A stretch of 61,983 bases of DNA, counting the filler, from Collodictyon triciliatum (Eukaryota): the NCBI GenBank assembly GCA_043381765.1. It is 9 parts of 9 records of this genome, joined end to end, with 100 filler letters (N's around TTAATTAATTAA, not from the genome) between each part and the next. Parts side by side here need not be neighbours in the genome. Positions count along the whole stretch, not along the records: positions 15,097 to 22,535 come from JBHJMP010003895.1; positions 22,636 to 30,074 come from JBHJMP010003896.1; positions 30,175 to 37,615 come from JBHJMP010003897.1; 6 more parts are not named here. One strand, given 5' to 3'. This document shows positions 17,848 through 30,339 of this stretch, in pieces. The position numbers and the translations under genes are program-made. The notes under the pieces were generated by a model. The model saw only the letters and a program-made list of their open reading frames with translations. It did not search any database and had not been told where the DNA came from. Numbering within the stretch: the stretch's first letter is position 1; the number at the start of each line of letters is the position of its first letter.

Positions 17848-20800
17848 CCACTTTCAATCTCAATTCATAACTCTTTTATGCTTCTTTCATGTTTCATACT
17901 GCTCCATCTTTGGAGGAAATGCCAATCAACTTAACCACAATCATGCTATAGAATACAATTTAGCAATATTCAAGTAGTTGGTATGGAGAATTCATAATGA
18001 AGGACCTTTGTTTTGTGCATCTAGCTCAGATTCTACAAGCTAGACTCCAGCAACGGTCATGGAGGTCGCTGTCTCCGTGAATTGAACTTACATGCATGGT
18101 TTTCAGCCAGGCTTTCCAAAGAAATGGATGGCCAAGTGGACTCCGGGCCTGTCGTGATATCGAGCGTTCCTCCCTGGAAACAAATGGCATAATCAATTCT
18201 TGCAGAGGAATATTCTTCCCCAAACCCCGAGGTGGACTGTCCCATTCTTTCCCTTCATTTCCTTCCTGTCGCTGCAGACCAAACACCACACCATAACGGC
18301 GAAGACGAAAGTGTTTTCGCTGCTGACCAGACTTTGTAATTTTCATGTATTCATATATGTGTGTTCATATTCATATTTGAACTGGTCACAAATTCACTAT
18401 ACGCATAAATGTTGTGTTCATTATTCCATCAAAGTGCCACTTTCTTTATCGTCTCTTTTTTTAATGGAGTTTACTTCATCTTCCGCTCTAATTTATTTAT
18501 CTTCTTTTATTTTCAGACAACGAGACTTAACCAAACTTGAAAACCAAAAAACTGGTTGGAACAACCATTGGTCTTGTTCAAGTAGAATCCCAAACACAAG
18601 AGCCAGTGTGTGTACTGAATTTTTTCGTTTCTTTGGGAACATATGCATTATGTCCATAATATATTTTACTTTTTCTTTAAATAAAAAGCAAAAGAAGGAA
18701 GGAAGGACCTCCTCGAATTGTATTGGTTGTTTACAAGGTGACCATGAAGCTTCTAATTTTCCTTTTCTTTTTTGTTTTTGTTTGATTTTTATTGATTTTT
18801 ATTGATTTTTTATTGATTTTTATTGATTTTTTATTGATTTTTTATTGATTTTTTATTGATTTTTTATTGATTTTTTATTGATTTTTTATTGATTTTTTAT
18901 TGATTTTTTATTGATTTTTATTGATTTTTATTGATTTTTATTGATTTTTATTGATTTTTATTGATTTTTATTGATTTTTATTGATTTTTATTGATTTTTA
19001 TTGCCTTTCTTGAAGCGTCCACTTAATCACCAGTAGCACCATCATCGGCATCTTTAGCATCTCCCAGTGTCGGGTTTACTGCATCGAATCATGTCGTTTG
19101 TTCCTTCACTGACACGCCGGTTTGTCATGATAATGTTGATAGGATCTCATTTTTCTCGTTTACCAATATTAATAACTGGTATTCGAAAGTGGTAAGAAAA
19201 TTAACCCATCTTTTTCTTTTTAAAATAAAGTGCCTTCGCTACATGGCCAATCATTTTCTTCCAAAAGTATTTAGCTTCGTCGCGACTATAAATCCTATTC
19301 AAATTGTATATTCATATCTTTACCTTTTCTTACGATTAAAAAAATATATTATCATAATAAGTCTATTAAAAATGCATCTGTGTGAATAAAAAATTAGTTA
19401 TATCTTTATTATAAACAAAAACTTCAACACTCTGTGTAATACCTAGCAAAGTGAAGAAGTCATTTCAGTGTTTCCTTCAAAGCCACTGCCGGCCAATTCC
19501 TGCCTTATGACGGATTTTGTTGTCAAATCAGGGCCCAAAGCGGAAGACAGTCCCCTTTGTAACATTGAGAGGAGCTCTTGTATTTTTTTTTCCTTTATTC
19601 GATTCAAAGTGTAGCGGGGTTATGCCATACAAAGGGGCGGGATGGGAGCGCATGGGAGAGAGCAAACGCGAGTAGGGTAAGACACTGCCGTGAAGAGGCC
19701 AACACTGGAAAGAAATCAGTGATAGCGAGCTGGTCAGGTGGGCGTCCCAACTGGTTGATTGGTTGCGTGGGTAGCAGGGGTTGGATATGTTGTGGGAGAT
19801 ATCTTACGACACAATCCCACATCTCTCCTCGCTTGTGGTCAGAGCAGCGAAGAATGCGAGCGTGTTTCAGCAGGCTGTTCAGGAAGCTGTATTGCACGAG
19901 GCTTTCAAGCCTGTAAACATTGATTTCTCGTTCGGGTGAATCATTTGAGCGAGAGAATGCACGCACACTCCATAAGGCCCACAGCATATGAGAGGAGCTC
20001 TTGTATATTTTATTTAATGTCACCTTATTATTATGTTTTTCTTCATCTCATTTCTCATTATCTATTTCGTTTATAAGACGATTAAAATGGAGGTAAATTC
20101 ATAAGGGTATCGCGCAATATTTCTTTACATATTGGACTGATTGACACAAAGAAGTCGCATGTGTTATAACCCAATCTCAACCCTGTTTTCCCTTCTTTTT
20201 GCATGTATGGCTTCAACCTCCTCAACTTTGAAGGAAAAAGTTCCAAAGATTGTTAAGACCCAGTGACATTTCACTCAAGGGTAAAGTCGTCAGGATACGG
20301 AGCTGCTTCAGTAAACTCAACGAAACCAGAGACAACTTTAAAGAGATTAGGCTTATCAGGGTTTTGCATTTATAACTAGCATTTAATTATACATAGTAAA
20401 TAACATAAAAATTTTAAAAAAAGAGTGAATCACACATACATACACCTGGCTTATATACATAATAATCATTTTTTCTTTTTTCTTTAAATTGTTTTAAAAG
20501 GAAAGCCAACGACTGAATGAATTATAGCATATATCCAAATTGAAAAAACGCGTCTGTTTTGGGGAGAAGTATGAGATTTTTGAGATATGTTTTGATATTG
20601 CATTCTTTCACTTGAAATTATAGGAACTTACTGGAAAAAAAAAAGTACCCCATAAATCGTGGGCCTCCTCATGTCCCTCAACCTCGGGCATCTGTTATTC
20701 AGCCACACTCCGGCGCCGTTCTACGCCTGATTCATTCATGTGAATATTTTTCCAATATCACTGCCTTCTTTCTTGTTTTTTTCCCCTTTCACTTGGATGT

Positions 20801-22375
20801 TTCTATGTGATGATAATTTTTAAAAGAAAAGGAAGAGAAAGTGAATCTTAATAGTGTTTATTTGTATCAATCAAGGCAATTGAGAGAGAATAGCCAACTG
20901 CGGGTCTGATAAAGTCACTCGTGAAATAAAGCTCCCTTTCGCAAAGTTTAAAGGGGAAGGAACAGATTATCGAGGTATTTTATAAAGTGACATTCAGCTC
21001 ATCAGGTTTTGCTTGTGTATCCAACACTATATAGTGGCACTGGATTGTGGACGAAGTAAGTTACTCATTATACCACTTGTCCATAATCTGCCTGTTAACT
21101 CAATGGGTAGGACACAGCGCCCCAGTTCTTTTAGTTGCGTATAGTCCAAGAATGTTATTTGTTGACTTTTTCTGCTGATATAACGGTTTGGCTCTGGAGC
21201 AGTAGAAATCCTAACACATTTGTCATTTTTCGATACGTTGTCAACAACACAGAGGATGATGCAAGGGTAATGGAATTCTCTGTCTTTTCTTTTAAAAACA
21301 TAATGCTCATGTTCATATACATAAACGGACTCTCTAAGTACGGTCATAAATATAGCTATTTATATATTTTCTTTAATTATTAATCTTTTTTTTACACTTA
21401 AAAAAAATTAAATGAAAGAGAATCCAGAGTTTTCAGGCCCAATTCGGCAATTAAAGTAATATTATATGAATAAATGTGTTCTTAGTTGTGGCAATGAGTT
21501 GATTGGGTACAAATACGTGATTGAGGAAACCCCTAAAGACCACCTCCTTCGGCAATGGCGAAAGAAAGCCTTGCAATCTCAAATGACACCATTCAAAGGA
21601 TGTTTTTGCCCTAATATCCTTGTATGTATAACACACTTCCTCAAATCGATGAAATAAATGTGATAAAAATATAAAAACAGGTTCCAGAATAACAATAAGT
21701 ATATATCAGTTGTGAAATTATCATCAGAGGCCCAAAGTATCACAGACTTTGCATTCATAAATTCATTTTTATCACGTAAGGAAATTTCCATCTAGGTTAC
21801 TTTCGCTGAAAAAAAAAAACATATTTATTATTCCGTGTACTTGTATTGTATTGTATGACATGATTAATCATTTTTTTTTCCTTTATTCGATTCAATGACA
21901 TGATTAATCATATTATTTATACATTCATATTTATTTTACTGATCGATTGTTTTTTTTTCTACGTCAAGATATTGTCATTTGTTCATCATCAGATGAGAGT
22001 CTTACCGTATTCGAAATGGTCATAAAATTGATAGCACGGAAAATACCTGACGCAACACGCTCGCCCCATACATAGGTTTCCATATCATTGTATCTTTGCA
22101 TACTTGTAGAACGTCCTATGTCCCGACAATCTTATAATACGCATGATTTCTAATATTCGGCCATCACGGATTCCTTGTTTCTTTTCTGCCTTATTTTATC
22201 TATCATCATTATTGTAAAAAAAAGTAATTTTTGATTATTCCTTTAATCTCCAGTGTTATAATGTGTGAAAGCTCTCTATATGTATCACATCCACCGGAGT
22301 CTTATGAACTCTTTTTTAACTGCAGCCACAGATAATTATGTGAAGCTATGGGACTTGAGAGCGAGTTGGTAAAGC
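16200..22375 (+). CDS. WDR27: WD repeat protein 27-like, multi-exon, 3'-truncated by contig end; 5' end uncertain
   Basis: Exons encode LEVHERIIKCAAF...LVTCSEDRSFKVWNLLQKQLVCQSGILSTSLLLSLAID...FVVSSADGK (17459-17695), ISVFPSKPLP (~19460), PVTFHSRVKSSGYG (~20260-20310) and YELFLTAATDNYVKLWDLR (~22300-22365). These match WDR27 motifs as I recall them (SEDRGFKVWD, PLVFHSKVRSSGY, YNLFLT...LWDLR). Confidence 0.82.
17754..17847. repeat. (AAT)n intronic microsatellite
   Basis: Seen directly. Confidence 0.95.
18782..19003. repeat. (TTTTT[T]ATTGA)n 10-11 bp minisatellite
   Basis: About 20 tandem units seen directly, intronic. Confidence 0.92.
19566..20006 (-). mobile_element. 5'-truncated L1/Tx1-like non-LTR retrotransposon insertion with ~18-bp TSD
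   Basis: Direct repeat TGAGAGGAGCTCTTGTAT at 19566-19583 and 19989-20006. On the minus strand the ORF tail HMLWALWSVRAFSRSN...NPATL* ends in TGA at 19606-19604, followed by AATAAA (19599-19594) and poly(A). Highly similar to 51031-51364. Confidence 0.88.
21855..21911 (-). mobile_element. Ultra-short (~23 nt) insertion of the same retroelement 3' end with 17-bp TSD
   Basis: ATGACATGATTAATCAT at 21855-21871 and 21895-21911 flanks TTTTTTTTCCTTTATTCGATTCA, which is identical to the element end at 19584-19606. Confidence 0.85.
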
Positions 22376-22415
22376 ATCAAAACAGCTTAGACTAGACTAA
22401 ATGAAGCAGCACATC

Positions 22416-22733
<318 letters not shown>

Positions 22734-23184
22734 TAATTATTTTATTCTCCAAAAAAAAACTCATTGGGAAAGAAAGAGGGGTTTAAAATAAATGCTCATG
22801 AGGAAAATGAACCACTGACTATCTCTCCATATGGACGATCAGATATTTATTTATACTTTTACTCTCCTGTTCGCTTTCTTACCGCTGAAAACAATATAAA
22901 CCTCTGATAGGTCTTTGGTGATAAATTTTGGTGTTTTTACCCCTGAGGACAGCGAATGGGTCCACTTTCATTTAACACCACGAAGGAGAGAGTTATACTA
23001 TCAAAAAAAGTATCGCTCTCAAAAAGGAGAAGGTATTTAATTGCTGTAAAAAAAAGCAATAATGTGAAACTGTAGCCTATTAATGTAGAGTTTGCGGACT
23101 AGTCACTAAATATCCTCTTTAAAATTTTGACAGAGGCACTCATTACACTTTTCTTATTTATCAAAATTAACTAACATCGTATAG

Positions 23185-23527
23185 CAGTAGCCCAAAATAT
23201 CCTTGTTGACCTGCAAGTAATCATGCCTGTAAGCTGATTTTCCAAATACGAATGTATTTCGTCCGTACTACGACAACAAGGTTATTTGGTTTACTTATTT
23301 AACTAAGCCTAATGATTGCAAACTATGCAGTTCCTCCAAGAGGACTTCCAAGAAACGTCTAGGAAATTAGAGGAGCGTTCCCCTGACAAATACACCCCAA
23401 ATACTTCTGGAACACCAGCTTCATCAGAGTAATGACTCTTTACTTTTTTTTCCTTTATCAAGTTTTATGAAACCTGATATGCTACTGCTAAAATTAATGA
23501 ATGCAAGTAGTCCACCCACCAGTTCCC

Positions 23528-23608
<81 letters not shown>

Positions 23609-26600
23609 CACTAAAGCCCGATAACTCTTTGCATTTTTCGCTTGTAAACATATTGATGGTGCAGAGAAAGAGCTTTGTTGAAGAAAGCAGAGATTCTGCG
23701 TTCATTTTTGGCTCAGTATGGATCGAATACTTCATCACACGAGACAAGTGACGCTGGTCAATTCCCTGATCGACACCGAGACCATAGCCAAAGAGGTCAT
23801 GGGGTCTTTGACGGCCAATACAACTCTGAGAACTTTGAATTCCTTTCACCTCGTTCCGACTTAGTTGCACCCAACGTAAGTTCTTTTCTAATTCACTTTG
23901 ATGATACTTCCATACCTTTCGCGTACATTTTATGAAGCACATACGACGAATAGCTTTATTCAAGTTTGTCTTCAATTCAATTCAATCAAATTCATTTATT
24001 TTCTTCCCTTTTCCATAAAATCTTATGTAATATTAATCTGAAAACAAATTTCACTTCAGGAATACGAGTTACTGAAGGATTTAGTCGAAAGTCAAAAGAG
24101 AGACATTGAAATGCTGGAGGCAAAAGTGAAGTTTGTAGAGATCGATTTTAGCCGAAAAAGTGAAGAGTACATTGTTCTTGCGGAACAGTATAACACTCTG
24201 AGTGACATGTATGCCCAACAAACAGAGTATGTACGAACATTAGAACAATCTAGTGACGTTGATGGAGTTAGCGATGCACATACCCCCAACGGACCGCAAC
24301 GGAGCACCAGAGGGCTTTCCTATGTACCAACTTCAGCATTAATTATGGACCGTAAGTCTAAATTATTATAAATTTATTTATTTGTGGATCAATTAGGCTA
24401 TTTGGTTAAAATAACATGGTTTCCCGAAACATACATCAATATTCGCTCTAATTTCTCTTATTACATATGTGCAGGTGATATTACCGATGAAGCTGAAATG
24501 ATTAGCCTAAAATCAAAGCTTGATGAAACGAAAAATGAATTAGAGAAAGCAAGACAAGAAATTGTAGCACATCATGATACAAAAGTCAATCAAGAATCTG
24601 CCATTCAAAAGCACATGGTCGATAATCAGGCCTTACAACAAAAGATTCAGCAGCTACTCCTAGAGAACGAGCAGTACTCTAAACTCGTAGCCGAATCTAA
24701 GGCACATTCTAACCAGCCTTCCGTAGAGGAGCTTCAGCAGGCTATCAAGCAGGACCAAAAAATCATCAAAGATATGCAAGATATCATACAACGTTCAATC
24801 CAAACTATCGAGAAACACAATGCGAAGGGTCGACCGCAGAACTATCAATCACCTTTGGACGTTGCACGATATCTCGAGTATCTAATAGAGGGAGTCCTCG
24901 GGTATCTTAACGAACAATCTGAATTTGTCCTTGGAGTATATGAGGAACTCGGGGTTGAAACCAGCCATCCGATGAGTGTTTTGTTGAGCAAAGTTGCAGA
25001 ACTGAAGTCTAGTGAGACATCGAACAGGTCCCAGTTGTCAATCACACAGGCTGAAAAACGTGATTATGAAGCAGGAACGGCGCGAGTACGGGCCATCTTG
25101 AAAGAATACGAGGAAGAAAGCATCGCGCTTCAGGAGACCGACAGTATTCGAATGGGCGAATTTTCATCCTTAAGTGCATTAGCAATTGGACTCAAGAGTG
25201 AACTAGACACACAAAGATCCAAACGTCGTGATATAGAAGGTCTCTTGAAAGAACAAACTCAAAAGATAACTCAACTCCAAGAGCATAACCAGAACATGCT
25301 GGTAACACATAGAGCACTTGAATCAGAGTTACGAAAGGCAGAATCTAACCATCACATTCCTGAAGTACAACAGGCATACATTTTCTTGTGTCGACGTATT
25401 GCACATGTCTCTGCTTGTCTTTTGGGCACCCCAGAGTCTCCAAATACATCGACGACATTGGACGATGCTGTTGTGGTGGCAGAAATGGAACATAATTGGA
25501 CAAAGATACAACAGCATTCTGATTCATTTATAACTTTTAATCGCTTTCATACAAATTTGCTACAGTCGATCAAGAAGTGCGTTGAGAAGAAGGCTAAAGT
25601 TTCGGATATCTGGGCACATGATAATTTGCCTGAGGAAATCCCATCAGGGTTACTACCCACCCACTTGTGTTCTATTCAGTGCATTCTTGAGTTACGGCGA
25701 TATCTGGATATTTATGACCAATATATCGGTCAGCTCCAAAGAAGATTGACGAAAGAAGGTTATGGAATGGGTCTTGCTACATCCTCTTTGACGACGGAAA
25801 CTCTTGAACATGGGGTGACATCATTCCAAGCACTCGAGATTATTCAAGAAGCCCTAGCTTCTTTTGAGACAAAGTACTCAGGGTTGGAATCTGACATCGT
25901 TTATCTAAAAGCAACTCTTGAATCTACGTCACCACCGACCGATTCGCCAGTAGCTCAAAAGAATAGCACGCTTGCAATTCATTCAAGCAAGACTGTGGTA
26001 GCATCAGAGGCGAAAGAATCAGACATCCCCCGTCTCTTTGAAATCATCCAAGAACTTGAGAACAGGAATGTAGAGTTGGAAGCTCTGGCCAGAGGCAGAA
26101 CCCGTAGTTTGAATATTTCTCTTTATTCAGAGGATGGCCATGTACCAAATAATGAAGTAAATCCAAGCTCAGACGTTGACCAAAAGGATGAGTTATCTGT
26201 TTCAGAGCTATATTCTCTAATACAACACCTCGAGTCTCAGAACACAGCATTAGAGAGTGAGGTTATACGGCTGAGACAAATAGAAACTGAATTCCATGAG
26301 TCGAACCAAGAAGGAAGCCCAAACACAAACGAAGATATCCGGATTCTGACCGCTGAAGTGGCTCGCTTTCAAATGAATCTCCACGAGCTACAAGCAGAGA
26401 ATGAGTACTTGAAGAGTCAGAACAAAATCAAAGAAAACGAAAATATTGAGGCGTGGGCATTAGCAGAGGAGCTTTCTGAATTACATGGCGTTATGAGTGT
26501 CCTAAAATCAAAGAACACGAGGCTGGAAAATGAGGTAATTCGTCTACAAAATGTAGAAAGTCAGTTGGCTGTGTTGGACCAATTAGAGGATGAGAACACT

Positions 26601-28953
26601 AGACTCCGCACCATAGCCGCAAAATATGATCAGCTTCAGAGTACTTTTCGCCAAATGGACTCCTCTGGAGCACAATCAAAAGAGCAAGCTGCGAACCTAC
26701 AACAACAAAATATCCAACTTCAGGAAAAACTCAAGTATCTAGAAGAGTACGGAACACCCAAGTTTCTTGAGACTGAAAATAGCTCTATGAAAGAAAAATT
26801 GAAAGAGTTGGAGTCAAGCATCCTTGCATATGATACAAGAGCACATGATCTCGAAGCTGAAATATCTCGCTTGCAAGAAATTGAGGGCCAATTCACACGA
26901 ATGCAAAGAATAGAAGCGCAGAACGAGACCAGCCGCATGCATACTCTTCAGAGTCAAGGTCACCAAATTAAAGAGCTCGAAAAAGAGATTCATAGACTCA
27001 AACAAATAGAATCTGAAGCTAAACAGATTGCAGGATTGGAGCAAGAATTGGGACAATCCAACAAAACGCTTTTTGAAGCTAACAAACAACTCGAAGTAGA
27101 TATTGAAAGTCTTCGAAAGTCTGAGTCAGAAGTTGTTCGTCTCCGCGGGGTCATACAAGAATACGAGGGTTTCAATTCGAACCTGAAGTATGAAATAGAC
27201 AGTCTTTACAAGGAGAGCCAAGCCCAAAAGGAGACAATCACCTCCCTTGAAGAAGAGTTGGCACGCCACCAGGTCGAAACGGAATCGCAAAGGTCTCATC
27301 ATGTGAGTACAGCCAAAACTTTGAAGTCCACCAATGACGAACTGCAGTCGCAAGTCTCTAAATTATCCTATGAAAGTTTAGTCCAAAAGGAGGTTATTCG
27401 CAAGTTAGAAACTGAAAACACTAAGCTCCTGGAGTTGAATCCAGAGTTAGAAAGCCAAAGAGACGCCACTAACCAATTCAAATCTCGCAATGCCGACTTG
27501 ATTTCAAAGAATGCGGCATTAGAAAAAGAAGTGAATGAACTGTCGGAGAAAACACAAAAACTACTAAACCGTAATTCGATTCTAGAGGGAGATGTTCAAC
27601 GCCTGCGGGAAGAGCTTTCGGAGATAAACTCGACTCCCTCTCAGAGAGACCCGGATCTTGTTCGGTTGAGAAATGCAGACCGTGAGTTGCGCCAAGAGAT
27701 TTCTCGTTTGGAGGCCGAAAATGTGCGGCTAGAGTCGGAAGTTTCTAGACTCAAAACACTGGTAGAGAGACTGACCCAGGTTCGGTCTCTAGAAAGCGAG
27801 GTTGATCGGATGAAGCACGGTGCTGAGTTGCAGCAGATTCAGAAGTTGAGAGAAGACATTATCCACCTCTCAGCAATCGAAGGAGAATTGGTGGAGGAGA
27901 GGAACCGAGTTCGGACGTTGGAAACAGAGAAGCAGGTTCTCCAGCATGAAAACCAACAGGTTCGCAAAGAGCGCGACTTGTTCAAAAACTCATATGACTC
28001 CTTGCAAGCCGACCACATTCAGTCGCTGGACGGCATGGAAAGCCTCCGCCTGAAACTCAGAGATGCGCAGGAGTACGGGCGCAAAGAAAGCACGGAGCGC
28101 AACAAACTGATTGGGGAGGTCCAAGACCTTACGCAACAGCACGAACAATTGATACAGATGCAAAAATACCAAAAGCAGCAGCAGAAGGAAATTGCCGTGT
28201 CTGAGGATGAATCCTCCGCCCAGGACGAAAAAAAGGCTCCTGGCGAGCACTTGCAAACGTCATTCACAGCCAGCACTCAGTCCTCTCTGCAGCACACACC
28301 ATCGTCTGCATCCAGCTCCACTACTACCATCATCATACCCTCTGTGATTGGAGCCGCATACCCCGCGCCTTTGCACATTCCTTTTGTCTACTCGTCACAG
28401 CCTCAACAACAGCCCCATCCTTACCCTCTTTCCCAGCCTGCCTACTCCATCCCCCGCGTCCTCTCTGCTACACCATCATCAACACCAATACCGAGTCCCA
28501 GCCCGAGTCCCAGTCCAAGCCCAAGCCCCATGCATCACCGGCCACTGCCCCAGTTCGCCCCGTCCTCGTTCGACCCAAACACGCCGAGAACACTGCACCG
28601 CAGCGGAACATACCACACAGGGAACATCTCCACGAGCCACGCCCCACAATTCCCGCCAATATCCTCGCCCTCAACAGCGAGCGGCCTCGACTCTGACCAG
28701 GCCCCGATGCAGCGGTCCTTCTCGTTTGTCACTGCCCCAAACACATCCGATCTCCTTGCTTCCTCCAGCACATCAACCTATCGCTCCTTCAACTCTGCCC
28801 AGCTCGACGCCGCCATGCAGCAAAGTCCACGCACATCCCTGCAGAGACACGGGTCAGCCCAGCTGGTCCCATATTCTCGTATCCTGCTCCAAGACGGCCC
28901 ACAGAGCTCCATGGCCTCGAAACCGGCGGCAGTCCAGCTTCAGCTTCAGCCCC

Positions 28954-28984
<31 letters not shown>

Positions 28985-29309
28985 GCAGCAGCAGCAGCAG
29001 CATCAGGCGTTCACTGTCGCTTCTCCATCTCTATCTCCATCTCAGACTTCCACTCCGACCCTTGCTGAACTCACGTCCCCGCGATACACTTCACCATCGA
29101 TTCGAGGTTACGTCCCGTCAAACTCAAACCCGACTGCGCTTCAAGGCGCCGGGCCCCATGTCCAGGTTGGGCTGTCAAATGCGACTGGGCAATCTGCTGC
29201 GCGCCTACCAGGCACCGGAAGCTTCTCGATGATTCCTGTCTCCAGCGGCTCGGCGCGTCAGGGAAACACGCAGACGTCACATTCTTTGCCACGGACCACC
29301 AACTCATAA
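23185..29309 (+). CDS. Large coiled-coil protein with Pro/Ser/Gln-rich disordered tail (>1700 aa); 5' exons approximate
   Basis: Short upstream exons (e.g. 24060-24351 EYELLKDLVESQKRDIEMLEAKV...), then a ~4.8-kb terminal exon (24475-29309) rich in heptad E/K/Q/L with a polyQ/PS tail and TAA stop. Confidence 0.85.
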
Positions 29310-29975
29310 CTGGCCCGCCGCTATCGTTGCTTGCTTTGCTATGCGGCTGGTGGTATATGAAGCAGGAGCAAAGAAACAGAAAAAACACCGAAACCCAGAA
29401 AAGATGTTCCATTTCTTTTTGTTTTTCCTTTTTCTACTTTCGAAAGTCTTGCAGGTTCTCAACTCCATATCAATATCATTTCACGATTGCCTATGCCATC
29501 ACCCAACTCATTCAATAAACAAAACTGCCAATCATTCGTTCATAAGTACAATGCCGATGTGATTGCATTAACAGCCACAGGAAAAAGAAAGAAAAAGAAG
29601 AAAAAAAAAAAAAGAGGAGAAAAATGACGGAAATCCAGAGATATTTCGAGACCTTTCAACTGTCATTTTTTTTCTCCACTTGTTTTCGTTTGGGGTGAGA
29701 AGACACACATCGATCATTTATAGCTTGTTCATCTTTGTTTTTCTTCATAACGAACCTGTTTGTGTCCCATTATTGGCCATCGGGAGCCTAAGAGCCGGGT
29801 GAAACCCCCAACATACCATCCAACCGATCAATCCCTTCCATCCAAAGCGCGAGCGACCTAGGAAAGCATCATCGTGGAAGAAAGAATACTTCATTCACAA
29901 AAACATCACATATTCTCATATTCACAAACACAAACACCTAACCAGCAACCTAGCAGCTCTCTCTCTCTCTTATTC

Positions 29976-29977
<2 letters not shown>

Positions 29978-30074
<97 letters not shown>

Positions 30075-30290
30075 NNNNNNNNNNNNNNNNNNNNNNNNNN
30101 NNNNNNNNNNNNNNNNNNTTAATTAATTAANNNNNNNNNNNNNNNNNNNNNNNNNNNNNNNNNNNNNNNNNNNNACATAAAAAAACATAAAAAAAACATA
30201 AAAAAACATAAAAAAACATAAAAAAACATAAAAAAACATAAAAAAACATAAAAAAAACATAAAAAACATAAAAAAAACATAAAAAAACAT
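29978..30290. repeat. (TTTC)n and (AAAAAA[A]CAT)n repeats flanking a spacer
   Basis: Seen directly at contig ends. Confidence 0.9.
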
Positions 30291-30339
30291 TTTTTTAATC
30301 AAATGAGCTCATTTTTTTCTTTTCAAAAAGATACTAACC

